In this document: positions 1-12,200 of the stretch, one piece after another | Layout: each line of letters opens with the position of its first letter | Position numbering within the stretch: the stretch's first letter is position 1 | NCBI RefSeq assembly: GCF_000150275.1 | Contig: NW_002060945.1 | Location: forward strand, 2,813,172-2,877,171 | Origin: Trichoplax adhaerens | Lineage: Eukaryota > Animalia > Placozoa | Direction: 5' to 3' | Length of the DNA stretch: 64,000 bases | Program-made: the position numbers and the translations under genes | Notes under the pieces: generated by a model | The model's database searches: none | Seen by the model: only the letters and a program-made list of their open reading frames with translations | Told to the model about the DNA's origin: nothing

Positions 1-36
1 GTACTGTATTGTACACTGTACACGGTAGCAGACTAG

Positions 37-206
37 AAGCTGTTAAAATTGAAATTTCTTAGAACGTGAACCCTTCTTAATTACAACTATCAAGAACTCA
101 ACTTCTTCCCTGAGTTAAAACGAAATCGACTTTAACCATCTACATGACACGAATGTAAAAAATCTTGATCACCAAAATTTGCAAGAAATTTCAATTTGAA
201 CAGCTT
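37..206. mobile_element. MITE-like element with 24-bp terminal inverted repeats
   Basis: aagctgttaaaattgaaatttctt (37-60) is the reverse complement of aagaaatttcaatttgaacagctt (183-206) with 1 mismatch. Non-coding interior. No clear target-site duplication. Confidence 0.5.
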
Positions 207-254
207 TTGCTATAGAGAAAATTGAAGGGATCCAAATCGATCCATACCACTAGA

Positions 255-345
255 CTACAGTACATACTGTACAGTATAGTGTGTGTACACTGTACTGTAC
301 GGTACTGTACTGTACTGTACACTGCAAAATTACACTACACGACAC
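255..345. repeat. Degenerate (TACTG/TACAG)n low-complexity repeat
   Basis: Repeated gtact/tacag/tacac pentamers, also at 1-25 and 525-545. These account for the spurious ORFs 222..434 and 281..505. Confidence 0.7.
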
Positions 346-569
346 TCGCACAGCTTCACAAAAGCAGCGACTTGACAAAAGTCAAGTTAACACTGAAAAA
401 AGTGTTCTCAACTGTTCAATGTTCATATTATTAGGAAAAAACACTATGGTGTCTCATAGGGCTGGCACTGTACAGTACAATCAGGATTTGTCTCTCCTTC
501 AGTAATAAGCCCCCATAGTAAGCATGTGCTGTGTACTGTACAGTATGAACATGTTCAAATCTCCTAGCA

Positions 570-1070
570 ACTCGATGACGTAATAAAGCGAGTAGTCCAA
601 ATGTCCAATACAATGAAGCCTTTACAAAAGGTCCTCTGAAGGAGACCGGTGACGGTAAAGTACACGATCGAGTTAACGCTTGACCCCATTGAAGCCTATA
701 CAAAAAGCTGCTAGGAAGGGGACCCCTGACGCTATAGGAGTTGACGCTTGACCCTATTGATGACGTCACTGTGACCCCTTGCATCAATAGCAAGTGTTCC
801 CCAGTGGAGTGGTAGACTACCGTAGACCTTTCTTGACGCAACTTTCTGAGCCCAGTTTTGTCAAGACGAAATCACTGGAGGATTCCTACCTTAGGATCAA
901 TTCATTGAAGAAAATCGAAAAGTAATTCAACGGTAGGTAGCCAGAGTTAACGGAAAGAATATGCAATCAATTGTAGGCAAAGAGATTTTGTTTGTTTCAG
1001 GTGGAATCAAATCTCTTGCATTTCTTGATGTTCAGAAAGCGCTCCGTTGAATCCATTGAGGATTAACTCG
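570..1070 (+). mobile_element. Degenerate non-LTR (LINE-type) retrotransposon reverse-transcriptase fragment
   Basis: Decayed RT motifs in the correct order: KASSPNVQYNE at 585 (cf. KAxGPDG..E), SLYKK..GDP*RYR.LTL at about 693-750 (cf. IxKKGD..NYRPITL), GFLP*DQFIEEN at about 880 (cf. QxGFxPGR.I.EN), AFLDVQKA at 1018-1041 (cf. FLDxxKAFD). Stops and frameshifts throughout. Confidence 0.55.
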
Positions 1071-1601
1071 TTTTCTGCAGATGATCATGGAAGACTATTG
1101 AAGCTTGTTATACTGCTTTAGAAGAAATCAATCTACTGTAGAACATCTGCAAAGGAGTAGCACAGCATGATTTGATGATGGCATTATTTCTAGTTGCACT
1201 TGGCGTAATTTTAACCACGTTCCTGTTGCAGCAATGGACAAATTATTCAGGTTATCGTCCCATCTCGTTAATATCAATTTCGTCTCTGTTGCTTATTAGA
1301 TTTCACGCAGCAGAAACCAACCTTGTAGGAAGTGACAAAAATAAGGTAAAGATAAAAAAATATTCAGTCAATCAGTGCATTTTCCACTTCTTATGTTCTC
1401 ATCGACAATTTGCATAATCGCTTCTTCATATTAATAAATTACAATTCCTTGAAATCAAACAATCAAATGGATTACGGATCCTAGCTTGGATGATCCAGGC
1501 TGCCATGATTGAACACAGTATTAAGTACAAGGGATTGCTATAAAATTGAAAGTGTCTACACTTTTAGTTATGCTGAATGCCGCAAGATCGACCACTATTG
1601 A

Positions 1602-1860
1602 TTAATTAAATGGGTAATAGGCCGGTAGAATTATCGGATTAATGCCGGTGCTCGCGTACTTGCATACTTTAAAAATTGCAAAGTACGTAAAACAAATTAT
1701 GCAAATGACTAGAAATCCAGTGGAGTAATAGCGTCTATTACGCCCATATTGGATACTGGCTCCATACTCCCTTAGTCCCTTATAATAATTATAATAGAGA
1801 CGAAACAGGAAGCTACAACACAGTACATTTATACACAGGCTAGTGTTAACGTACAATCAT
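1602..1860 (-). pseudogene. Rhodopsin-type GPCR relic (TM5-TM7 fragment)
   Basis: ORF 1602..1856 has hydrophobic segments ending in KYASTGINPII, resembling the TM7 NPxxY region, with a frameshift just after it. No intact N-terminal half. Confidence 0.35.
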
Positions 1861-3082
1861 TCCATTTTACCCTTACTGCGGATCATGATAGACGCACATG
1901 TGTACTCTTTCTGTATGTTACAGTGGCGATATTTTTGCAGTACAGCACTACAGTATCATAAATCATCACTCATCAATTTAATTTAAAAGGCAAATCAGTT
2001 CTTCTACAGCCAGAGGAGAAATGTCTGCCGATATTGGATACACAGCTTAGCCTAGTTCGTATAAGCCATTCCGTTTCACTAGTTAAAGTAGTGTTCAATA
2101 GCTGGCTGGGCCATTTTATCCCGGTGTTCAAACGCAAAATTCAACAATTTAGAATGTATGGATTATGCTCACCAATGCAATGATACGCTCTTAAATAAGT
2201 GGATAAATGCGATCTGATCTCACTGGAATCGATTTGAATGTTTGTATTTTATTAAAAGTGAGTTAAGTGAGAGGGATAGAAGAAAAGTTTCTTCTCCATA
2301 TGTAGTATCTATACTAGACTGCGACAGTATTTATAAGTATAAATATGGTTTACCATATCTCTTATTAACCAAACTCATAAGCATTATATATACTGTAGAA
2401 ATAAGAAATATCGTTAAATATCAAAAGACGGAAAAATAGGAAAATTGGCCGTCATTTACTCTATCTGCAATAGACTGCAGTATTAGTTACAAGTAGAAAA
2501 AATGTTCGATGTACAGTATACTGCATACTCGCCAACCAAATTCGTTGGTTGAAAGATTAGCGTGCTTCGTATAATAACCGTAAACTACGATCCAAATACT
2601 TACATATACTGGTATTTTGTTATTATGAAAGTAGTAAATAGGATATGGAAGCTATATACAGGCAGTATAGTATCTATTTCTTCCCATAATTGCGATCAAA
2701 TTTTTACCCTTTCTGCAAGCACCATGTTGCTGCTTTACAGCTATTCTGAAAGGAGATCTACTTGCTAATTTTCATGACCGCAGTAGACCTTGACAGTACT
2801 TTTCATGTATATACTTTTTAACAAAGATATTGATAGTATCTGATGCTCAGAATGTTGTAACTTAAATGCATGCAAATAATTCAATCTGGTAAAAATTATA
2901 ATTATTCCAAATTTGGGAATTCATTCTTCGCAGATAATGTTATTTGTTGACACTGGTAATAATTGTAACTTAAATGTCCTGTAATTTTACATACAATGCA
3001 TATATTCGTCGTAATACAATGACGATGCACATTGTAAGGTATGACTTTCAAAAGTTCTAATAAGTATAAAATGTTTAATAGC

Positions 3083-3811
3083 ATGTCGGACTGGAAAAAG
3101 ATCGTTCTAGCAATCGCTATACCCGAAACCGTTGGCTTTTTAGGGTCTTATTTTACCAAGAAGTCCATTAATACTTGGTACAAGCATATTCGTAAGCCAT
3201 CTTTTACACCGCCCAATTGGATATTTGGACCTATGTGGACACTGTTATATGCTGGCATGGGTTATGCATCCTACCTAGTTTGGCGTGATGGTGGTGGCTT
3301 CGAGGGACCAGCGTTAAAAGCCCTACAGGCTTATGAACTTAATCTTGTATTCAACGGCATCTGGACACCATTATTTTTTGGAGCTAAGAGAATGGGACTT
3401 GTAAGTTTGCAATAATGTAAAACAATAATTAATTATATCGCTACTTTGACAACGTGAAGCAATCCATGCATACTTTAATTCTTTACCGTTGAACCTTAAC
3501 ATCATCAGTAATGATAGCTATAGTCAAGAATTTTGAACTGAACAAAAGCTTTAGCATTAAATAAATGATGTACGATAATCATTTCATCATCTATCTACCG
3601 GATATAACGGTTATTATATTTTATTAAGGCTGGCATTGATATTGTAGCTACGTGGGCATCGATTGTATACTGCATCCATTTATTTACTCCAATTAATGCA
3701 ACCGCTGGAAAACTAATGTGGCCTTACCTTGGTTGGGTTTCCTTTGCTAGCCTACTAAACTTTTCTATGTGGTACTTGAATCGAAACACTCCATCAATCA
3801 AGGAAGACTAG
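3083..3811 (+). CDS. TSPO: Translocator protein (TspO/MBR family, peripheral benzodiazepine receptor), 166 aa; exons 3083-3400 and 3629-3811
   Basis: WYKHIRKPSFTPPNWIFGPMWTLLYAGMGYASYLVW and NGIWTPLFFG in exon 1. Phase-0 GT-AG intron at 3401-3628. Exon 2 reads AGIDIVATW...LMWPYLGWVSFASLLNFSMWYLNR...ED*. Start taken at MSDWKK; upstream in-frame ATGs exist at 3041 and 3071. Confidence 0.95.
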
Positions 3812-4599
3812 ACAGTAGACTGTTAATTTTCTCAAATTACACATGCACTATTTTTGTTCTCTGTTAGACAGTAGTACATTAAATCTTTATTGGGTGTATA
3901 GTGGTTTAGCTTTATACGTATAGTATAGTACCGTAATGAATATAGTGAGAAAGTCATGTTGTGATCATGTTTTGCAATTTCTCATTATGTTTGTCACTTA
4001 ACAGTTTTAATATCAGCAAGATGTTGCTAGTAAAATAAAACAACACTAAGTTTAGAACTTATAGTTTGTACAATGTATTCATTGTTAACAGATATTGAAG
4101 AGCCTTAATTCTCGTCAACAATTGTAATTGAATGGGACAGTAGTAATGATACATTATTAATGGAGGGTAGAATGGTGTAACAAGCCTGTGAGTGTGCTAA
4201 CAACTCGAACCTTGCTAAGTACTCTACCCAAGAGGCAATTCTATGCGATCTTATCATCAATCGCTTTGACGAAGCTTAGCAAGTAATTATAGTACATGCT
4301 ATCACGTTTGCTAGCAGATATGAAAGAAGAATGGGTCAATATGTTGTGTCGTTCAATTTAGCTCCTCATACGATATCGATAACGATATTTTGAAGTATTA
4401 TTACGTGAATAAATTAGTTGCAAGTGCAAAATTGTATTGCATTCTACTAGGGCAATAAATGAATGCTAATCCAGTTTATAAAAAAGCTTACATTAGGTAC
4501 CTAGTGGCACTGGTGAGAAAAATAATCCGGAGAGAATATTTCCTAGCATTGTCTATAAAATCATGAAAACCATATCATCTGTTATGTAACTTACTTTAT

Positions 4600-4990
4600 T
4601 TGTAAATTGTGTAAGAATAGAAAAGGAAAGCCTTGAACAGCCAGATACGAGCATTGCAGAGATTAACTCAATTTAGGCTCTTTAGTTGCCATCATAGCAA
4701 TAGCAATTTATAAATTCGAGATGGTTTTCCGTTAATAAAACCTGCAGAAATATTACTGTCATAACCGTATCGATAAGAGATTCTGCTAGCTGTTGCATTC
4801 TTTTAAGTTGACACTGCTATTTGTCTACATTAGCAGCAAAAATACTGATCGTCATATACGAAAAAGGGAGAAAAGGGAAAAATTGATTACGTCCTATCAA
4901 GAACGCTTAAACATTCTTTATTTTGCAATTGTGATAATCCTAATAATGAATTTTAAGATTAGGCGTAAAACTCTTAGATAGTTTTAAATA
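4600..4990 (-). pseudogene. Possible heavily decayed rhodopsin-type GPCR relic
   Basis: Minus strand reads LRVLRLILKFII..ITIAK*RMF (TM1-like LGVLGLILNF after single-base changes), a frameshifted LAxISY-(D)RY-like stretch near 4770-4790, and IW near 4645. Confidence 0.25.
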
Positions 4991-6394
4991 CGGTGAAATC
5001 CTGTAAATTTATTGCCATATTTGAAATCAGAAAATCTTTGTTACGATAATAATTATATACAATGTCTACAATTATTGACTCAGATGGCGGCATTTCATTT
5101 AAACTAAAATCTTTACAGAAATTAGATTAACGAGGTATACTTTCATGATTAAAATATGAAATTAATCATCATTGAACTTAAAAAGATCTACCATTGGCGT
5201 TTAAGTTTTCACTTTCTCATCCAAAGAAAGAAATAAATATATTAATATGCCTAATTCGAAAGATAGAGAATAGAAAATATAAAAGCTGTAGGAGCGATAT
5301 TACAAATTGCTCATAGCTAATATGAGAATCATAGCGACAAGTAGCGACACTAAGGTTCCAAATGTCAAAGTCCAATATTCGCTACATTTTTGCGTAAACG
5401 GAGAGACCGTAAATATAATTCAGTACGTGTTTAACAGGACTCGAAAACCTTGCTTGACAAGTAATTAAAAATTAGCTGGTTCATTTAACATTGCAACAAA
5501 GAAAAAAATAGTGAATATTGTTGATACGTAACTAACAGGATCAATAGCTTAACGATATGAAATTTGGCATATAGAAAAAGGGTTGTTGTCCTTAGTATTA
5601 AGGCTTTTAACTATTTTCTTAAAATGAGGAAATCTTAAGTAAATAAATCATTAAGATATTTAGCCCGGTTTTTCTAACATTATCAATTACTATCGAATAA
5701 TTACCATTTTAAAAATTGGCAATACATTAATAATTGATTAATTATCAAATCAAATCGTTACATCTAAATCACTATAAATTATATCAGTTTAAATTGTATT
5801 CCATAGATTTAAACTTTGCTCATAATTATGTCGTTTGAAAGCGTTATTGACATATACCTATATTTAAATTACTTATCCATGCATTAATAACGATCTATTG
5901 TAATTGCTATGAAACAATACAAAATCTATATTGTAGTTGAAATATTTACGAAAAACAACTAACTACCGTATATTTATGTGTCGTAAACAATTTAAAAGTT
6001 GCTGCTACTTTCTGTAGTAATTAATACTTAAAATTGATATATAAATTTGTAGAGTAATTATTAACGCCAGTAGATTTTGATGTTGGACTGTAATTACAGC
6101 CTTAAAGAAATAGCAAACACCGCTTTCTAAAGCTATCATTCTATAAAGTCGTTCTTAAAATCTTTAAAGCACATTACTTTTACTGATAGATTCTCACGGG
6201 TACCATAATTACAGTTTTATAAATGGTTATCATATACTGTTGTTAATATTGTTCGTTATAATTTATTAGATTGAAGGAAATAGATTATTCAAAGCTTAAA
6301 TATATTTCAGTTGTGATTGAATACAGACTCATATAGAAAGTTGATTTGGATCAGAGTTTGGAAATATTTCGTCAGACCGTAATTTCAGGCAGCT

Positions 6395-7627
6395 ATGGAA
6401 TCGAACAATACTACAAATCCTCAACACATGAGTACCTTTACCGAGAATATCTCTCTATTTAATGGTATTTTCATCGTTCCAACTATTTTAGGTACGAGAA
6501 ATACTGTATCTTTCAATGTCTGTTGATAATTATTATAAATTTATTATGTTATATTCTCAATGTATGCGAATTTCGATGATCTTATTAGCCTTTTTATTTC
6601 ATTTTTAGGTATTTTGGGCAATTCGCTTGTATTTCGTACTATCTATACCTGGGATAAATATTATACACCAACCTATATCTTGATGGCGAATATGGCTATA
6701 TCTGATCTCATTACTTTGGTGGCATCATTGGCTTACTCTATCGCTAGTATCCTCAGTTGGCTATTCAATGCTTCATTATCATCATGGCCAATTACTTGTC
6801 GGGTGCTATCCTATCTTATTACCGCATTTCATGGGGTATCAAGTTTAAGCTTAACAGCAATTAGTTACGATCGTTTTAATACCATCGTTCAGGCGTCTTT
6901 AGATCAATGTCCACCTTTTTTCCGTCGAAAAAAAGCTTTATCAATTGTTTTGAGCTCAATTTGGATAGCTGGTATGACTTTAGCGCTTCCTTATCCGTGG
7001 ATTATCACAATTGATTCGCGACTGCCGTATATTTGCGAGATGGGCCAAATTATTAATACGGCTAATCTTGTTCTTTATAGCATTAGTTGTTTATTCTCCA
7101 CATTTTTACCGTCTTTAATCATTGTCATTTTGTATATTAAAGTTGTTTTGTTTATACACCGAAAGTGGCGTGTCTCGTCATCTCTTTCAGCAAAGTATAG
7201 CAAGGATGAAGAGAATAAGAAAAAAGATGTTCTGAAAATGCTTATAGTTACTACCACTATAGCAATAATTTTTACACTTCCCCATATTTTTGTCTACGTA
7301 ATAGCGACTGTATTTAATTCGACATTGTCCAATGTTATCATTACATTACCACTCTATCTTCGATACTTGCTCTATTTTACATATAAATTTAGTGTGATGG
7401 CTTGCGCCCATAGTCCACTAATTTATAGCTTGATGAATCGTAAATTTCGTCAAGATATGAAAATAACTTTTCGACAAAGTTGTAATAGTTCAACTTCCTT
7501 AAACGCAAAAACATCTCATAAAGTAGGAGTTACAACCGTGGTAACTACTTGCGATGATTATGTCAGTCGTCAAAACTTTCGATATCTTGATTCTGTCGAA
7601 ATGATGGAAAAAATTGACCCCCTTTAA
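6395..7627 (+). CDS. Orphan rhodopsin-family (class A) GPCR, about 371 aa; exons 6395-6491 and 6609-7627
   Basis: Seven hydrophobic segments; GN (TM1), MAISD (TM2), SYDRF (TM3), W (TM4), FLP (TM5), TLP (TM6), HSPLIY..NRKFR (TM7/H8). Upstream exon MESNNTT...PTIL G|gtacga splices in phase 1 to ttttag|GT ATT TTG GGC AAT and supplies N-glycosylation sequons. Confidence 0.9.
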
Positions 7628-8836
7628 ATATGTTACACAGAAATAGATATTGTGCTACGAAGGACTTTAAGTAGGCTGCTTTAAGGAAATATAATATAGG
7701 TATTAATGATGATACTGATCAACAAAATTGATTCATTTTAAGTTAGATACTTATGAGTAGATATTGCATTCCTTACAACTGTACTTTTAAATTTTATTTC
7801 AACATTTATGAGCTTTTTGGCAGAAAATATCCAAAAGTTACTGATAAATTATGCCTACTTTAATAAGCTAAATTAGATATTTGTGCTAGAAGTGTCTACA
7901 CTGATCATTACGATTGCTATTTGAAGATCAAAATTCAATTCCATTAGCCTATCTTAGCTAGTGTTCTAGTTTAACAATCTCTGATACTGTATGGTGAGTT
8001 ATAGCTATTCTCAAAATTATAACGACACAGTAGGCTAATACTAATACCAAACCTAGAAAGCCAATGTTTGATTTATACTAAATATTATGCTATCTGCGCT
8101 GTTTTAACCATCATTGCATTGAATCATTATTATGAGTCTTCAATTAGATAAATTGCAGGAATGAGGTGAAATTAATGAGAAATATTTTATACCCTATTAC
8201 TCTTACTGACTTAAGCATTATTGTACTTATAATTTAATTTAGTATTAGCTATTAATAGTTCTTATGCCAATATGCATTGCATTATAAGATGTAACAAATG
8301 CATTTTATGCATTATCTACCGTACCTATTTCGTATAGCGATGTTCACATGTTGATATTTATTGCCTTTTATTATATTTAACTTTGAATACTTAAATAAGT
8401 GTAAGTAGAATAATACTGGTATTAATCTATTCTAACGAAAAATATTACTGAATTCGGTAGCTATCATAGTGCTTTACAAAGCGACTTTCACCGTTGCTCG
8501 TAGTAGATAAATCAAGCCTATTATGCGGTGTGCACCATTGTGCTATATCTATTTTTCGTAGTAGATATATGAATTCTGTTGCTTGATGCTCAGTAGAGAC
8601 GAACAGAGTCCAGCTTAGAGTATATTTAATTAAATAGTTGTACCGCATTCATCGATGTCCATACGTAAATAAAGGAGTATAGATAGGGACCTAAGCTAAT
8701 GCTTCTTATTTACTGAAATGGTGATAATAAATATAATTAGTAATTATCAGTATTTGGAATACAGCTTACCATAGTTGCTCTCTCCATCATCTTTGTTCAA
8801 TCTACTAGCATTGCTGACAAATTCATATATAAATCA

Positions 8837-9280
8837 ATGGGAACTAAAAAGAGAAGAAACCATCTGATATCAGCAAAAAATCTTGACAACAAGAATCAAA
8901 AAGTCAAAACTCGCAAACCCAAAAAACATAAAATAACTCTTGCTAATTATCGATATAAAATTCTCAAGCAAGTTCATCCAGATACTGGTATTTCATCGAA
9001 AGCCATGAATATTATGAATTCATTCATTTATGATCTTTTCTATCGACCGACTAAAGAAGCCTCCAACCTAACCAAGTATAATAGAAGATCAACGATCACA
9101 AGTCGAGAAATACAAACAGCTGTCCGCTTCCTCCTACCTAGCGAATTAGCAAAGAATGCTGTTAATGAAGGGACGAAAGCTGTAATCAAGTATACAAGAT
9201 CTGCCCAGGACACGGTGAAAGATGATGAAATAACGATACTAACCAACAAAATATATAACAATGATGGGCAAATATCGTAA
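8837..9280 (+). CDS. Divergent, solitary histone H2B variant with a C-terminal extension (147 aa)
   Basis: [55 protein letters not shown]. Intronless intact ORF. AATAAA at about 9302. Confidence 0.85.
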   Translation: MGTKKRRNHLISAKNLDNKNQKVKTRKPKKHKITLANYRYKILKQVHPDTGISSKAMNIMNSFIYDLFYRPTKEASNLTKYNRRSTITSREIQTAVRFLLPSELAKNAVNEGTKAVIKYTRSAQDTVKDDEITILTNKIYNNDGQIS

Positions 9281-12200
9281 CAATGATGGCTTGTAAGTTA
9301 AAATAAATGTTGGCTGGTTTAGCTCCGTAACTACGTAAGTAATGTTAGCTAGCCGTTCTTCTCTTCATTATCTTTTGAGAATAAATTCAAATTGTATTGC
9401 TGGAGTTATATGCTAATAATGAAATGATGAGGAAGTACAGTTTCTGCAATCTTAACGTTTCTTGTATTTTTTAGCTACAGCACATTCGCTTGCTCCAAGG
9501 ACTAATACGAGTATTTGCTATACGTATTAAGGAAATTAAAGAAGAGCAATTATTTCCATCGGAATCTACACTAATTTAAAGATTTAACTGTCATATATAA
9601 AATTACATTATAATCATATTACAATAAAATAATTTTATCTGCTAATCTGCATCTTGTGTTTCTTCAATAGCAGACGTTAATTAAATTGTAATAGCAGATA
9701 TTTTGCTCTGCAAATTTCATGCATAGTACTGTAAAAGGATACGTACATCCCAATAGTATATATATAACATATATATATATAGATTTGAAATTGCATCGCC
9801 GCAAAGACGATAGTTGATAGAAATTTTTTATCGTCTTAAAATGCAGCATAATCAAACATAATAAAAGATCAATTTCATCCAGAATGCGATGATTACAATC
9901 TATTGGTTTTGCTAAGGAATAAATTCAGAAAGATAATAAAAATATAACATCGTTTCAGGTAGAATAAGTTTACTCCTTCCATTACGGACATGAGCTTCTG
10001 CTATCAAATAGCGATATCACTAGCAGATTTACGTATCAACTCTCGCAACTAAGATTTGCAAAATATTATACTGTTGTAAGCAATTCTCTTCGGTTCTCAC
10101 TGGATAAATGTTAAGCCGGCCTATCTTAACGTATATGTTATATCTAATGTACAACTTACGATAATGCATTTCCGAAAATACAGCAATATAAGATTTGATT
10201 TGCAATGAATAATGGCGTTATTGATCAATAAATTTTCATATTTTTCTGGCTATCAGGCATTAACTAGAATAATATTCTAGACTACTTTTAGGCACTAAAA
10301 CTGCCTATTTTCGCGTAATTTTTGCTCTTATATAAGTCTGAGTAAATGTAAAGCAAGCTATTGCTGAGTTACGGTCGTACTTACTTTACTAACACGTATT
10401 TTGCGTAGATTCATGCTATAATTGCAATAGCGTCGCAAATCAATTTAATTTTATAAAAATATGAACTTTTAAGCTTATAAATAAGCTATCAATTTCAAGC
10501 TTATTAAAGCTTATAACCTTTATGAGCTGGCGAATGTGATAAAATTCTTACTAAAAATATATTTACAATTACTGAAGTTGCAAATATACGACATATTTAA
10601 TTTTACTGTAGGGTAGGCGGGAAGAATAGAGCTATAAACTCTATGCGAAGCTAATAAATGAAAAACCAAGGATGCTTTTATTGGTTATTATCTTAAAAAA
10701 TAATAAGCATTGCTAATAAGCAGCATAATGTAGTGTTCTAAGAAGTGAATTTTGATTATTCACTCATTTATCTATATAACTACCAATAAATTGTTTACTA
10801 TTTGCTGATAGTGTCAATCTACAGCATAATATTTTAACATTTTTTGTGTCTCAGATCCTTTGCTTTAAATTGCTAAATTGGATCGTTAAAATTATAACAG
10901 TTAACGCAAACCACTTAAAACCACATCGCTTTAAAAAGTTATTTAAAAAATCTTCATAAGCTAGAGATACTTAAGGTATGTGTAAAAAGAAGTACGATAG
11001 TCGAAAAATTGGAATTTGCAATGCAACTGTTTAGAAAGATATAAAACAATACCAACTTCTAAGCCTTTTAAATATAATAATTATATAAATTTTACTGTAA
11101 CTGTACACATAGAATTGATAATTGCTCTATGAGCTTCTTTCTATGAACGTCTTAGAATCTTTGATCATTAGTAAATGTTTGACTTAATATAAATTTGTTC
11201 ATTGATTTAATGTTCGTTAATGGAAATAAATTATTATATCAATATCAGTGTACCCTACTGCTGCAAAATAATTTTATCGTATGGTATTGAAAGTATTTAT
11301 AATTGATACAATAGACAGAATCAGGCCGCACTAATTGGTCCTCAATTTGCAATTCTATTAACACTTTTCAAGATAATTATGGTAGAGAATATTCGTGTAC
11401 TATGATTCTTTAAACTTAAAGTAACAGCTACAGCACTGCATATAATATATTTTGATTAGTAATAGTAAATGAATTACTTCACGAATGTAATAAATGTTAG
11501 TAACTAACTGATACTTAGAATAATTTTCGAAAATAAAAGCAGGTCCAGGATATTGAAATTTGATAATTTCTAGATTTACAATAATTTCAACTGGAAATAC
11601 GGATATCTTAAGGCTTTCATCTAAATTTTCCTTACTAGCTTATTGTTCCCGCAAAAAAATGATCGAAATGGGAGCGAAAGATGATAATAGTTAGATGGCT
11701 TACTTTGCTACCATATATAACTGCAAGCACTAAATTATTTAAGGATAAAATAAAGAATTCAATTATTTTTAACGACGAGAAACATTACGTTGTCGGTGTG
11801 GAATCTATGGTTATAATACTGTATATTTTATATTTTCTTCTTCTTTCATCAGCTGCATCAATATAACGGGAAGTAGTCTTTTATTCTTTGAATGATTAAT
11901 TTTATATTATCAATGAAGGTATCAAATAAAATTCCTGGCGGACAGAAAGTATTTTATGTCGAAAATAAACCAAAAGGCGACGAGGAACAAGTAAAAATTC
12001 TAATTTCAGTTACATAAGATTATAGACGGAGCATTGGGTGCATGGAATAGTGCAACAAATCATAAGCATTACCTAGGCAACAATATCAGTTTTATTCTTT
12101 GACAGCTGCTGTAAATTTCACTTAATAATCAGGTAAAAAATATGAATACTTATACAGTAGCAGAGCGCGAGTAATTTTTCTACATAAAAATGATTAAGTA

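Noticed and set aside
222-841. ORFs 222..434, 281..505 and 431..841
   Set aside because: They arise from TACTG low-complexity repeats or lie antisense to the RT relic; no protein motifs.
6560-6608. ORF-track start MYANFDD for the first GPCR
   Set aside because: Probably intronic read-through; a better upstream exon with glycosylation sequons and canonical splice sites exists.
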